Assembly (NCBI GenBank): GCA_951406725.2
Contig: OX597833.1
Location: forward strand, 68,572,001 to 68,636,000
Direction of reading: 5' to 3'
Source: Octopus vulgaris
Taxonomy: Eukaryota
Length of the DNA stretch: 64,000 nucleotides
Shown here: piece by piece, positions 12,882 to 26,790 of the stretch
Position numbering within the stretch: position 1 is the first letter of the stretch
Layout: each line of letters starts with the position of its first letter
Program-made: the position numbers and the translations under genes
Notes under the pieces: model-generated
The model's database searches: none
What the model was told of the DNA's origin: nothing
What the model saw: only the letters and a program-made list of their open reading frames with translations

Positions 12882-13131
12882 TGAAATAGAAAGATGAATA
12901 ATCTTGTTGCAGATTAATCAAAAGTTTAACCGATACCTTGGTAGCAAAAATCACAGCAGAAGACAGCACGGTTGGAGGTACAACCATATGGTGTTGCAAC
13001 CGTGCGTTGGTGCGGATAATTGAATTTTAATATTATTCAATCGGAATTTGGTTAATTGTGCCTTTCGAAACACGTGTAGAATGCAATAAAACGATTTCTG
13101 TTCAATCTTCGTTCAACTCCATTTCTTCAAT

Positions 13132-13188
<57 letters not shown>

Positions 13189-13290
13189 GACGGGCTTCCG
13201 CACGATATCCGTCTAAAAATGCGCGCACAAGGCTTTGGTCTGTCTAGAGCTTTAACCTAAGACACTTCCACTGGATACTGCGCAGTCTAT
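12608..13290 (-). mobile_element. Old A-like SINE split in its internal (TA)n by a ~260-bp insertion (12878-13137)
   Basis: Tail half at 12608-12840; gacgggcttccgcacg...caaggctttggtc...gacactt head half at 13188-13290. Confidence 0.55.
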
Positions 13291-13346
13291 ATATTTATCT
13301 ATCTCGTTCACTTTCTTTCCCCTCTCTCTCTCTCTCTATCACACAT

Positions 13347-13392
<46 letters not shown>

Positions 13393-13814
13393 GTATACGT
13401 AGATGTATGTGTCTAGATGCACCTGCACTGAACTGGAGATAAATACAATGGCATATGCCATATATATATATATATGTCGATTACTGTTCAAGTTGATTGC
13501 GTCGACAAGGTGCTGCCTTCGTTTTATGATTCAGTTATGAATATAAAGTATAGTTTTATGTTCACTTTTGATCTTCAGGTAATGAGGTAAGGAGAAAAAT
13601 CTATAAATCTTAACTTCATTAAACTAGCTCGTCTACTCTCTCTTTCATATCTAAGAGAGTAAAGATAAGATCTGACACTTGGGTGATTGTTATTTCTAGT
13701 CTAGTAGATCGAGGGACCGTTTAAAATACCTCTGGTCGTCTTTTTCAGGTTTTCCCTAAGCTTATGTTTGTATTCGTGTAAATCTGTACCTGTTTCTATA
13801 AGAGACATGCGGAC

Positions 13815-13980
13815 AGGTGTAGGCCTTTCTTTAGAGTAGTGGAACTTGTTTTGCAACCCCATGAATTCTGGTTCAATCTCACTGCGCAGAACCATGCGCA
13901 ATTGTCTTCTACTATATCTTAGTGCTGATCAAGGCCTTGTTGGTGAATTTGATAGACAGAAATCGTGAGAAAGCTCAATA
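13815..13980 (+). mobile_element. Degenerate SINE family A 5' half
   Basis: ggttcaatctcactgcgc...tgtcttctactata...caaggccttgttggtgaatttgatagacagaaa. Confidence 0.6.
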
Positions 13981-15773
13981 TATAATATATGAGAGGGAGG
14001 GAGAGTGAGCGATAGAGACAGGTAGATAGATAATAAGATAGATTAGATACAGAGATAGGCATAGGAACAAAAGTTACACAGCAAAAGTGTGAAAGACTTC
14101 CATTTTACATGATTTGTTTGATACATTTGCACATGTATGTATTCACCATATTCTCTCTCTCTCCCTATATATATCTCTCCGTTATCTATCATATATATAT
14201 ATGTATATATTTGCGCTCATCTGCTTTCGACAAGAGAACATCTGAAGACAGCGAACATAAAAAATATTTTGCCTCATATTTACGAACTGATAAAATATAT
14301 TTCGATATTATTTTACACTTTACTACATACAGTATTTCCTTATTACATTTCAATCAAGATTTTCTACTTTCAGAATTATAATACGATAATTATTACTATT
14401 GCTTATTATTATAAAGAAAAAAAAAGTTTTGTTGTTCGATGAATGAAACATCTTCCGTTTTCACCCACCATACCCCACATCAAATTTCATCGTATTTACT
14501 GATTATTTTTGTAAACTAATCAATATCAAGCAAACAGGAATTGATAAATACAATGAAAATGAATTAATATAACATACCAGCAAATAGATATAATTTAGCA
14601 GAATAATTCTAAGAACAATAAGATTCTTGATAACGAGAGGAGAAAAAAAAGATATCTAGTATATGTCTAATTGATGACACTGGTAATAATGATTATGCTT
14701 GAGATAATCTGTATAATTTATCAATGTTCAAAAGACAATTTCTAAGTGAATACGTTAGATATCTTACGATTTATGAGGGAGATAATGAAAAGGAACAATG
14801 GCGAGCAAGACAGAAAAAGACGGAGAGAATGTGTGGAGAGTGATGTTGAGTTTAGAGGACTTTAGATGAATAAGAGATAAGAAATAATAGAGTAATCTTG
14901 TTAGTTGTGTAAAATTAGCGGTTTGTAATTTCTATGTAGCGTTTCCAGTTTTCCGCCATCTTGCGACTAATTTTCGGATGAATGTATGATGTATATTAAT
15001 GTTTTTGCTGCTGACTACCATAATGTCGGATTCAATCATTCCACAAACTGTGATTTATGTTGAAATCTTTGCTTCCACATATATCGCGTCCTCATCTAAT
15101 TCAATTTGCTACTAGGTGAGTAATTAGTTAAGAGGTGTTCTGAATAAATAGTTTCTGTTTTGGTCGCATCCACTTGCCATACAAGATTCTTAATTGATTT
15201 TAGTCTGACCTCGTCTTAATTGTTAATGAGTTCTCCAAACCCGCCCCTACCTATTTTCCTACATAATTTGCTAGATGTTCACATATTCATTTATATATTC
15301 GTACACAATTCGTACTATTTTCGTATCTTTCTTCATTCAATGTGGATATATTAATTTAATGAAATATTGTTGCTAAGTTTAGAAATGCTATTTACCAATG
15401 TTGCTGTATGTACATCTCAGTTTTATTCCACCGATGCACGGCCATTTTTAGTGACGTGTATAGCAGAACGATGTTGCATATTTATATAACAATCAGACCA
15501 ATGAATATTCTTGAATAAACACTGTATTTCTGATTATCTTTCTTTATATGGAATCAGACTCTACATAACCAATAAACAATATACAATGAACCATAACATC
15601 ATTCATATCCTTCTACGAATTAATATAATGCTTTCCATTTCTTGTTTTATTATCGGTGAGGGGGGAAAACAATTAAATCAACAGTTCTTTACAATATTTA
15701 CATTTTTTTTTTATTTGGATGTTCGATAGGGGAAATCAGACTTAAACACGAAAACTTTAAGACATTCCTTGAA

Positions 15774-15975
15774 GGCGGTAAACTGGCACAATCCCCTGGT
15801 AAAATGCGAAACGGCATTTCGTTTGCCTTCAAGGTTTCTCAGTTCAAATTCTGCCGAGATCCACTTGGCCTTTCATCATTTCCGGGTAGATAAAATAAAA
15901 ACCAACTGAGCACTGACGGTGATGTATTCGAATTGCACTACCGACGAAATTACTGGCCTAGTGCCAGACTTTGCA
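15774..15975 (+). mobile_element. Old SINE family B
   Basis: ggcggtaaactggcac...agttcaaattctgccgag...gcctttcatcatttccgggtagataaa. Confidence 0.7.
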
Positions 15976-16289
15976 TAATAAATCTTTCTCGAAACCATAA
16001 AATTTTAACATGGATACGAGCACGCTTGAACAAATGCCGAGTAAAACGGTTAGGGTGTTGTAAACTATGACCATCTCCAGTATTTGGTTGAAATTTATTA
16101 TATTCCATTCGATGGATAAATTGTGAAGTCGACGAGGGCTGGTTTGAACTCAGAGTGGAAACATGACGTGACTGCACACTGTGTCGAGTTTATCCACTGC
16201 TCTTAGTGATTTTGCCGATCAAATGCCATCATATACCTTTTTATAGCACGCACACACATACACTCACACACAGACATACACACACACTT

Positions 16290-16625
16290 TTAAACTTATT
16301 TTAATTATTGGACCGCGGCTATGCTGGGACGACATATTGAAGATATTTTAGTCGAAAAAAATCGGCATCAGTATTATATTTTTAAATCTGATACTAATGG
16401 AATTGGTGACTTTTACAGATCCACAAACACGAGCAAACCAACGGGTTGGTAATTGGTGGCAGAAAACACACACACACTTCAATTTATCAGGTGGTCTTCT
16501 TTCAGTTTCCATCTCCCAAATTAGTTCACAAGTCATTTTGCAAGGTGACGCGCAGCGGGACTGAACTCGGAACCATGTAATTGGGAAGCAACCATATTAC
16601 CGCACAGCGACACATGCGGCCATGT
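16290..16625 (-). mobile_element. Old SINE family A
   Basis: gcggctatgctggg...cttctttcagtttcc...gggactgaactcggaaccatg. Confidence 0.65.
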
Positions 16626-17341
16626 AGAAGACAAATGTTCATATAAACCAGTGGCATCATTTGTGTCACCATTATCCCTAAAGTCCGAGAAGCCAAAACT
16701 CTAGCACATCTGGAAGCATCTAGAATATTTTATTAGATGTAATCATAGCTTCGATTCAGCTAAAGTTAAATTTACCACCGAAGGGACGAAGTCACGAATA
16801 TTAAAAACGAAAAACTAAACTAAAAGGAAAAAGAAAGAACATTTCTTCACAAAATTAATTATAATCCCAAAGAATTTTATTTCCAAACAGAGTATTTTAA
16901 TAATGCAGACATAAATATAATTAATGGAGAAAAAATATAATTGAATATTTAGTATTCTAATTAATATTTCTTTCCGTCTCGTAAACTACCTCCCCGCCTC
17001 CTTTAACGGTATAGAATAAATTGTAAAGGTTCAACACTCAACAGTTATCTATATAAATCACAATTGTCATTAAAACGTTCTAATTGTGTTTTGAACAATC
17101 GTTCTTCTAAGCTTCCTGTTGATTTTCTTCTCTCAGAGAAAAAAGAATGACAGAAAAGAAATCAAAGGAACAATGAAAACAATTTTTAAAAAAAGGTGTC
17201 TACTTTTATTAAGGAAAATGTTATGTATTTATTGTACGACAAGAAAATGTGCTTCAGAGATAATGATGTTTTTTCCCTTCATATTTTCAATTCTTTCATC
17301 GCCTATATAGACACATGAAGATATAAACCTATATCCTCTCA

Positions 17342-17393
<52 letters not shown>

Positions 17394-17954
17394 AAATAGG
17401 AGACTGGAAAGATTTATTCGTAAAATTTATTCACCATTACAGGTGTTTCTTTTGCTAATAGAAACTTCAGTTTTGTAGATGAAGCATAAACATGTAAGGT
17501 GTTTCGTATCATACATTCTTTAGGCAGAGAAACCAACGATTGTTTGACTGAAGAATTTGTAACAGGACAGATATCTTGCATGTTCTCTATTACATGTGCA
17601 ATTTTGTAATATCTGTCAGCAAATGAATCATGTGTAATGGTCAATACACAGTACGTAAACACTTTCCAGTTTCTTGTTTTTTATATTATTATTCTGTAGA
17701 AAATATTTCCCCAGGGCTTCCATCTCTCATGCACACCTTACACGAATATAATTTCTACATACAAATTTGCAATACTGAAATAAACAACATATCTAGACTA
17801 TATATAAATCGATAAATGAAGTCGATAAATGAAGGCTTGAAACGTGATCTACTACAATTTCTAGGTTTTGATATCACAGTGAGCGAACGACCATATATAG
17901 CGTGCCGTCTACTATTTCGCAAACATTAATTGCCTCAGTATACATAAACATAAC

Positions 17955-17967
17955 TCTCTCTCTCTTG

Positions 17968-17999
<32 letters not shown>

Positions 18000-18035
18000 C
18001 TCTCCTCTCTCTATACATATATATATATATATATT

Positions 18036-18080
<45 letters not shown>

Positions 18081-18093
18081 CTCTCCTCTCTCT

Positions 18094-18132
<39 letters not shown>

Positions 18133-18168
18133 TTTTCTCTCCCTCTCTATATATATATATATATATGT
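17955..18168. repeat. Higher-order (TC)n-(TA)n repeat
   Basis: Alternating tttctctcctctctctatac and (TA)n blocks, about five units. Confidence 0.85.
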
Positions 18169-19695
18169 TAGGCACACACGGGTGTCCGCTTACGTATTCG
18201 TATATGCATATGTGTGTATATATGTAAATATTAGGCTTTTACACTTGATTTCACTTCTGGACTGGGCAGTGTTATGTATTTTTCATCAAGGTGTATAATT
18301 TTCTTCTAGGCCCAAACTGCTAAATTCAAAATAAGCACCTACATAGATCTGGTGCAGTTTTCCCTTCCGCCATCTGTCACGAACGGAGTTCCTCTTAATC
18401 GAGAAAGGGAAAGCCGAGAGTGGTCATTTTCTTTTTCCCGTAAATTAATTAGCGAAAGTGTGGTACAATCATTCATGTTATATTCTATTTGCGATGCTAA
18501 GATAATATTTTGAAATACATATTGTCCATGCTTGCTTGTGTGAATAGTTTTATTATTTCTTCAATAATTTAAAATACAGTCTAGCATAAAGTAGTATAAC
18601 ATATCACAAATTAGACAGATATATGATCTGTCTTTATATCATTGCATTTAAGTGGATGAAAGCCAAATTCATATTCCTCGGTGGTACGATAATATTTAAT
18701 AGCTCACGTGTATATTATTAATATATGACGTCTCCGTCGAAGATGTCTCCGTGCTTTATTTTGTTGGTTTTAGTGCAACGAGGTTGAGCACATATGTGCA
18801 GAGTAAGACATACCAGACTGATGTTACGTAAGAATTTTATAGTATATGGTCTTTTACAAGTTATAAATGGAATTAGTATTAAGGGTGGAAGCTAATTAAA
18901 TTCGTAATTTAATACATAACTGCGAATATATAATGCTTAATGCTATCTCATATACATGAACGCGTGATTTATTTCAAATGTATTTCACAGTGTTCTGAGG
19001 CTGTATATACAAGATACATTGACGAGAAGTGTATGTGTGTGTGTTAAACTAACAATCATAGGGATAATAAATCTATTTTTCCGCCCGTGACGTGTCGTTT
19101 CGTTGGAGAAGAAGCATTCCTTTTCGTATTGTTCCTCTCTACTCGACGGAAATGATTATCTGCCTTGTGTTGGTGCAGCTCTTCTCGATATCGAGGAAAC
19201 ATTTCTTGCATGAGAGGTGATAACTCCACGAAGGTACCTGTATGGTCGCAGTGAAAGAGGTACCTCAAACAATTATCCAAACGTGGTACAAGTTACTAAT
19301 TGATATCAACTGGCAAGTGACGGCCTCGGGCACATTTTACGTCACTGAGTCAAAGTGGAACCGCAACAGTTCCTCGGTTCGTCATCACCTGATTATCTCT
19401 CGATTCACCAAATTACAGACCAACATTTTCCAATAAAATTCTCCGTATAAGATATATTACTTTTAATTTCTATTTATTGTCCGCTTCTTCATTAAAATAA
19501 TACATACATTTTCTTTTGAACCTGACTTACATCAACTTCTAAATGTTCAGATGCTATATTATTAAAATGCATTATTCTCTTCCGTTCGAATGATGTGTCT
19601 CTACATGTGTTAATACGTGTGAAGTCGATTAGTTTCTTATGTGATTTATCTTCATGTCTCTACTTCATTTACTTCATCTCAATACATCTGATCAA

Positions 19696-19734
<39 letters not shown>

Positions 19735-21131
19735 CATATATGCTTGTGCGCATGTATGCAGCGGGGATCTATCTGGATATGTGTTACTGTGATTGTTACC
19801 GTTTCTTATATACAGTAACGTTCATAGATTCTTCTTCTTCTTCTTCTTCTTTTCCTCCTACTTTTTCTTCTTCCATTAGAATCATGGCACATAGATTTCG
19901 TGACATTTTGTTGATACAATTAGAAGTAAAAAAGAAAAAAAAAAAAAGAACAAAATGTACTTTAATATTTTCAGTCAGTGAAAGTAAAAATAATGGCTGA
20001 CTTGAAACTACGTTGAAAGTAATTTTCTTCATTCCCGTTAGAAACCTTTTAGTGTGAGGTGGTATCAGCCAACATACGCAAAATGAAGCTAAAAAGACTT
20101 TATTAAACTCTGTACTATTCACTCGGTACATTGCGAAAGATAGAGAGGAATAAAAACGAACGCTAGCCATTTACTAAGACAGCAAATATGTTGGTTAGAA
20201 ATGAATATGTCTATGTATGTAAAAGAGAAAAAATTAACGACCAATACTGCGCTTACTGATAACATCAAAAGACATATGTTCGAATGTTTAATATTTCGAT
20301 TTTGTATTCAAATATCTCTTTTGTTGCGAAGATCATTAGTGTCTTTGACATATGGAAAATAAGAAATATTTATATTCTGTGTAACAGTCTCCAGTAGCTT
20401 TTTATTGTAATCTGCGCAGCCATGTGATGGCTAAATTTGCTCACTGAAAATAAGGAAACTTGCGCAATTATATAATCTAAAAGACTTTGTAGGTTCAATA
20501 AGTTTGATTGCAATGCGGATTGAAAAAAACGTCTGGCGTTTCGAACACATGTGCTTTGATGAAACGATGAAATCATTCACATATTACAGTTTATCAAATA
20601 ATAAAAATGGTGGCCATATAGATAAAATGACTTTCCTATTTACTTTTCCGTCAGTATTCCAATCTTCTTCCCACACTTTTCTCTGCTACAATATCAAGTT
20701 GCTTAACGACGGTAGACTCTATCACCTACAAATAGTAGTTTATATATCTTACTTAAACCACACCATACGCTCTTAAATAAAGAATGATACCTTGGACAGT
20801 GGAATCGTTGTTATACAAGTTATGTCACGTGTAAAATTTTTGAAAGACATTTCTCGAATCTATGATGTTTTGCCGTGACAAAATCTCAACTCGTTAGCTA
20901 TAAAGAGATAGATTTCCAGATGCCTGACCAGTTAGGCTCTCTCTGCGAGGCTACACACATTAAGTTTCCTGGGGCTGAGTCAAACTGTAATAAAGGAATA
21001 GATGGAACTTCTACCAAATATCTCCTTTCTTTTCGTTTGTCCATTCACTGATTTTTATATATATAGGCATACAGACATACAGGTATATACATACAGGTAT
21101 ATACGTTTGCAATTATACACACACACATATT

Positions 21132-21172
<41 letters not shown>

Positions 21173-21236
21173 AATGTTTTGCGTAATGAAATAAAAACAA
21201 CCAAGGATGTGTAGATATCAAAACATTTATAAATAT

Positions 21237-21288
21237 GTCTTACAGCTGTTTCCAGGATATTTATTAATTATATCCCTTCATCGGAGAC
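21237..21288 (-). ncRNA. Minimal type I hammerhead ribozyme motif (CCGAUGA core variant)
   Basis: Minus strand: GUCU-CCGAUGA-AGGGAUAU(aauuaauaa)AUAUCCUG-GAAAC-AGCU-GUA-AGAC. Stems I and II pair and stem III is a palindrome. It lies in a ~220-bp element between TA tracts. Confidence 0.7.
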
Positions 21289-21385
21289 GGTGTGACGGGA
21301 TGGTTAAGTAATAATTAATTCATATAGGATACAAAATAGAGAGTGAGGTGGAGGAAAGGAAACAAAATGGATGTGAGATATGAAA

Positions 21386-21440
<55 letters not shown>

Positions 21441-21987
21441 TGAAGAATACAAAAACATACTATTATGTGAAATAATCGCGGTGCTAAAGGGCTGTCAGTA
21501 ACTAGTACTTATTTCTGCAATAGTAATCCGAAATGTCAACGCTGGATCTAGTATATTCTTCACATTATATCTGATTTGTGTGGTGAATTTTCCTTCACAA
21601 ACTGAACTCAAATGTTTTCAGCAGAATTCTTCCTGATTTTTATTTATCATCATGGGAAATCGAAATAATAGCTTTTTGTTGATAATATCGAATATTGGAG
21701 ATATCTGCTTTTCTATTAATCATGTTTTAGTCGAGAGTGAAATAAAAATTCCTTTCAAAAAGCATTCAGAGAATTATTTTGAAATAATAGAATGAAATTT
21801 CAAACTTTTTTGCAAGGTCCATTTTACAATATTAAATTTTTCATTAGATAAATGTATAAACAAACAATAATCTATTGATTCGTAGATTTGCTTTTCACAT
21901 GATCTGGCAGATTCGAACGTGAATATGGTGATCGCTGTTTTCGTTATGGAAAGGGAAAATCACATGTGTTAATGTATAGTAAATTCC

Positions 21988-22018
<31 letters not shown>

Positions 22019-22019
22019 C

Positions 22020-22168
22020 GATGGGATTCTTTCAGTTTCCGTTTAGTAAATCCAATCACAAGGCTTTGGTCGACCCGAAGCTGTAGTCGAAAACACTTGT
22101 CCAGGGTGCCCTTCACAGAACTATGTGATTTGCAAGCAAGCTGCTTACCACATAGCTACGCCCCCACC
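22020..22168 (-). mobile_element. SINE family A 5' half
   Basis: ttctttcagtttccg...caaggctttggtcgacccg...acacttgtccagggtgcc...cttaccacatagc. Confidence 0.75.
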
Positions 22169-23536
22169 TATTGTCAAAATTTTAGGTGAAATTTTTTAAA
22201 TCAGTGTTCTCTCTGACACCTGAATGTTCAAGTGCTGCTGATATTTTATAAATCTAATTTTCCCAAGCATTCATAATATTCACAATCACCGCGGTTGAAC
22301 CAGTAAATTTTTACCGAACGTGTAAAATCGATTATTTCCACGACAGTAAACCGGTACTTATTGTTTGAAGCAACAATCTACCCGCAATATATTAGTTCAC
22401 TTTGCAAGAATGAGAAACCAAAAATGTCTTCGATCATGCACAGTTTCGGTGCAGAAAAATAAAATATGTTTCATGCAAAGTATTAGTAAAATTACAAACT
22501 TCATTCTATGCAAAGGTGCCATTGAATATAGATTATTGGTCTGAGTATTCACGGGCAACTAAGCTCCATTACCATCCTTAAAATCACCGACACCTCTGTT
22601 TTCGAGCTTACGTGGGTGACTTTTCGTTGCAGCAGAAAATATCAGTTATGCCTTCACCTTACCGTCTTAAACTGACGGAAGTAAATAAACAACAGTTAGA
22701 GTCATCGGATACACTGTACTAAAATATAAATGTACGATAGAAAGGCTTGAATATTTCTGACACCTCGTTGTCTTCTACATTCATTTCTGGTTCTGTAAAA
22801 TTTAGTGTAGAACTTCAGAAATAGTCTATATTCTACAAAGACCAACAATGGTTTCAACGCGTAGCAAAAGCAATATCTTCGCTTAAACCAAACTTTGCAT
22901 CTCTTTAACTTGGGGGAAACTCGGTTATTTTCAAAGCTGGCCCAAAAGGATGAAAGCTATGTAGCCTATTTTTATGATCATAGATTTAGCCTGACTCAAC
23001 TCTTATTGAACAGTGAAAACAACTTTTTTTTCTTTTTTTCTACGATGCATTCATACGGGAAGTATTAATTTCACAGAACATAGATGCCAGTAACATCATC
23101 CACAAATTTACGGCTTCTTTCATCCAGCTATGCATTTATGATATTAAACATACATTTTTATATCAACGTTAGGAAAAATTACATATTCACCGCTTTATTT
23201 TTTTTTTCTTCTTTATGGATTTGCAGAGGCATTATAGAGTCGAAAACTTGCTTTGTGTTATTTATTTCTTGGCATTTACGTTCTGAGCTCAGACCCCAGC
23301 CAATGCAATATTTTATCATTTCTGCTTGGATAAAACACAATACCGGTCATTCTCTTATCGGTTGATCCATTGAAAACGTTGCTTCTGGGGCTTTGTAAAA
23401 CAGGCAAGCACGGATGAAAATCTGGAATGGGAGATTTTGGTATTTTTTTAAACAGTGATAGCGAATTAATGTGGTTCGTTGGGATTAATGGTCTCAGATG
23501 TGAAAGCTACAAATATGTTATAGAAAATGGAGGAGT

Positions 23537-23572
23537 CTTTGACATTTCGAGTCGCCACTCTTTGACAGAAAG
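23537..23572 (-). ncRNA. Degenerate minimal hammerhead motif
   Basis: Minus strand: CUUU-CUGUCAA-A-GAGU(GGCG)ACUC-GAAAU-GUC-AAAG; same architecture as 27995-28030, core mutated. Confidence 0.45.
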
Positions 23573-24507
23573 GGATGAGAGGAAAAAAATCGAGAGAGAC
23601 AAGAACAAATAATGAAAAAAAAAACATATGTTGGGATTAATGGTTCCGCGTGTTCAAATGACTGGAAGGTAAGGGCCAATGGAATGAGAGATAACGGTGA
23701 GTTGGTTAATCTGGGATGCGCAAGTGGGTATGTGTGTAAGTGAGGATGGGGTGTGCCTGTATGTGTAGGTGAGCATAAGATTATGTGAGCCTGTATGTAT
23801 ATAAAAGTAAGTACGCTGTGGAGAGACGTGTGATCTTCGTATGTGCGTGTGTGTATGTGTGTGTGAACGTTTGTATATATATATGTGTGTGTGTGTGGGG
23901 GGTGATGCTATCCAATGTGTGTGCAAGAGTGTGCGCAAAAGCATGTGTTGAGCAGCTAATGTCTACGTTTGCGAGTATGTTCGGCATTTAACGGATATAC
24001 AAATCGCGTAATGTCGACCCCAACTTGGTATCCTTTTTTCAATAAACTTCACTACAAATGAATACTACAAATAATTCATTATATATATATAATTAAGAAA
24101 ATGGAGAGATTTAATGGATATAAATTAATTTATTAACATTTTTAATAAGGCCTACAAATGTTTCAATTTACACTCAATGCAAATTATAAACCTATAGAAT
24201 AAAATAAGTTTACATTTTGAAGATTTAGAGTAAAATATTATCGCGGCATTACGGGCACTACATGTTGACCAACTGAAATTCTCCAAGTAGATGAAAATAT
24301 GTTTTAGTTTCTCTTGTGTGTGTTAATAAATATATTTAGATATAATAATAAGACATATATGAAATAAAAATAATAATAAAATGTTAATAAATAGTATTAA
24401 AACATATTCAAAGAAAAATGAAATAAAATAATAATTTATGTAGGTAAGATATAAATGAAGAATAAAAATACAGCCATTATAAAGTGATGTCTACTGTCTG
24501 TGTCAGT

Positions 24508-24567
<60 letters not shown>

Positions 24568-25614
24568 GGAAAATCGTATCAAATCTGTTTATTCATATAT
24601 GCGTGTGCGTATAACTATTTGAAAATAAAAGTCAACCGTGATAGACTTGTGTGTTTATATTTGTGTATAAACGTATTTGTGTGTGTGTGCGTGAACATGT
24701 ATGTATGTTAAGAAAATGCTAATATCAGAGAATGAGAGAGTGAAAATAAAGCTAAATAATTGATTCCATTTGAGCGAATAAATCATTGGAGGCCGTGGTG
24801 TAGCGTGTTCGAATTTCAATGGCTAAAGCAAATTATGGATCAAAGATATCAAAATTCTCAAATCTTCAGTTAAAAATCAAACGATTCAAAGAAGATATAC
24901 TAATAAATGGATATTTAGGGAAATCTCTTGTTCTTGTCCTACATTATGACTAATGGAAAGGCTGGAAACTTCGCTGCTACTCTCTCAGCATTTTAAGCGC
25001 AAGAACGAAACTAACCGCAGATACATAATCAAATAAGCAAACCATTATTTCGATTTCCTTTGAGAGCAGAAAAATTTTTAAGAAGATTTTTGCGAAACAT
25101 GAATTCAGGTGGTGAAGGAATCACCAATACCCAAACTACATGCTTATGTGGTGACGAAATTAGATCCAGAGCTGCCATTTGGGATTATTATTGTATGAAA
25201 TATTTCTATATTGTGACAGCCTTTAGCAGAGCAATTACTTTACTTAAATGCACTCAGCTTCACACTTATTCTTTACCGTTTGCGTTCTCTGCTATATATA
25301 TATATGTAATGTATGTGTATGTGTGTTTTCATATTAACCATCTTTTTTCATTAACTTTCCGTGTCTATTTGCAGTAAATGTGGTGAAGAAATTTACTACA
25401 CCTAACCACAAAATATTCCATACGCGATCATATCATATTTTTAGACTACATTCTCTAATGTGCATGCATTATTTCCCTTCATTACTTTAGACAACGATGT
25501 TCGATTTAACTGCTATTTCTAGAAGCTACAGTTGCCCTCATTGCCTGCGATTATCCGAGTATTAATCTATTTTGTTTTCCTTCTTCCATTCATTGTACTG
25601 CGCCCAGTGAAATG

Positions 25615-25885
25615 AATGGAAAAAGGGCTTAGTCGAGCAACTCGACCCTAGATATAATCTTTCTTTTAAGACTGGTACTTATTCTATCGGTTTCTTTTAG
25701 CCGACCAGCAAAGTTACTGCAAGTAAATTAATTTAAAGTGTCAGTAGGTGCACAGCCAAATGCACTCACAAGTTTTCGTCAGCCTAAGTCTATGAAGGAA
25801 TATATTTGCCCAAGGTGATACGCAGAGGGACTGGACCCGGGACCATGTGGCTGGAAAACAAATTTTTTACCACACAGACATACCC
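25615..25885 (-). mobile_element. Degenerate SINE family A
   Basis: tagtcgagcaactcgaccc...ctggtacttattctatcgg...ttgcccaaggtg...gggactggacccgggaccatgtgg. Confidence 0.65.
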
Positions 25886-25966
25886 CATCCGCTGAAGTAG
25901 AGCAGCATAGTGAATTAAGAAACCTATTTGGGAAAATGAAAATATAACGACTTTCATCCGCATAAA

Positions 25967-26200
25967 GGCGGTGAGCTGGCAGAACCGTTAGCGCGCCGGG
26001 CGAAATGCGTAGCTGTATTTCGTCTGCCGTTACGTTCTGAGTTCAAATTCCGCCGAGTTCAACTTTGCCTTTCATCCTTTCGGGGTCGATAAATGATGTA
26101 CCAGTTACGCACTGGGGGTCGATGTAATCGACTTAATCCGTTTGTCTGTCCTTGTTTGTCCCCTCTATATTTAGCCACTTGTGGGTAGTAACGAAACAGA
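25967..26200 (+). mobile_element. Full-length SINE family B with TSD
   Basis: ggcggtgagctggcagaaccgttagc head; flanked by tttcatccgcataa (25952) and ttttatccacataa (26202). Confidence 0.92.
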
Positions 26201-26706
26201 TTTTTATCCACATAACTTTATTGTATTCTGTATCACATATGGATAGTCTATAACATGTTTCAGTATTCGAAACATCAGTTATTATACTCAATATTGTAAT
26301 GAAATATACTGAAATCATAGTTTTCTTTTATTAAAATCGAAGAAGCTAGCTTTATTTTCATTACACACCACATAAAAGCAGAATTCAAATAAAATCTACT
26401 GGAGTCTTTAATACCGATAATATAAAGTTTGTTGTCTTGCAAAGTCAAAGAGACTTATGATATTCTTAAGAAATTGCATTTGGATACAATATTTTTCGTA
26501 AGATACATCACAGCATATTTTCAAAACAAATATTTAATATATTCCCCGCAGAACAAAATAAACAAATAAATAAATAAATAAGTAAATAAATACAACTGTG
26601 GTCCATAAAATACAAATATTATGATTCAAAACTGAAAAAAACTTACGTTGCTGTTTTCTGGAATTTACATGTACGTGCACACAGGCACACGCATATATTC
26701 AGAGAT

Positions 26707-26790
<84 letters not shown>

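Noticed and set aside
17955-18168. CRISPR-like repeat/spacer pattern (also 56720-57075)
   Set aside because: Spacers are TA microsatellite, not unique; eukaryotic context; no cas genes.
19683-19757. Fourth inverted-flank case around (TA)n
   Set aside because: Only ~12/17 match with low-complexity bases; not distinguishable from chance by eye.
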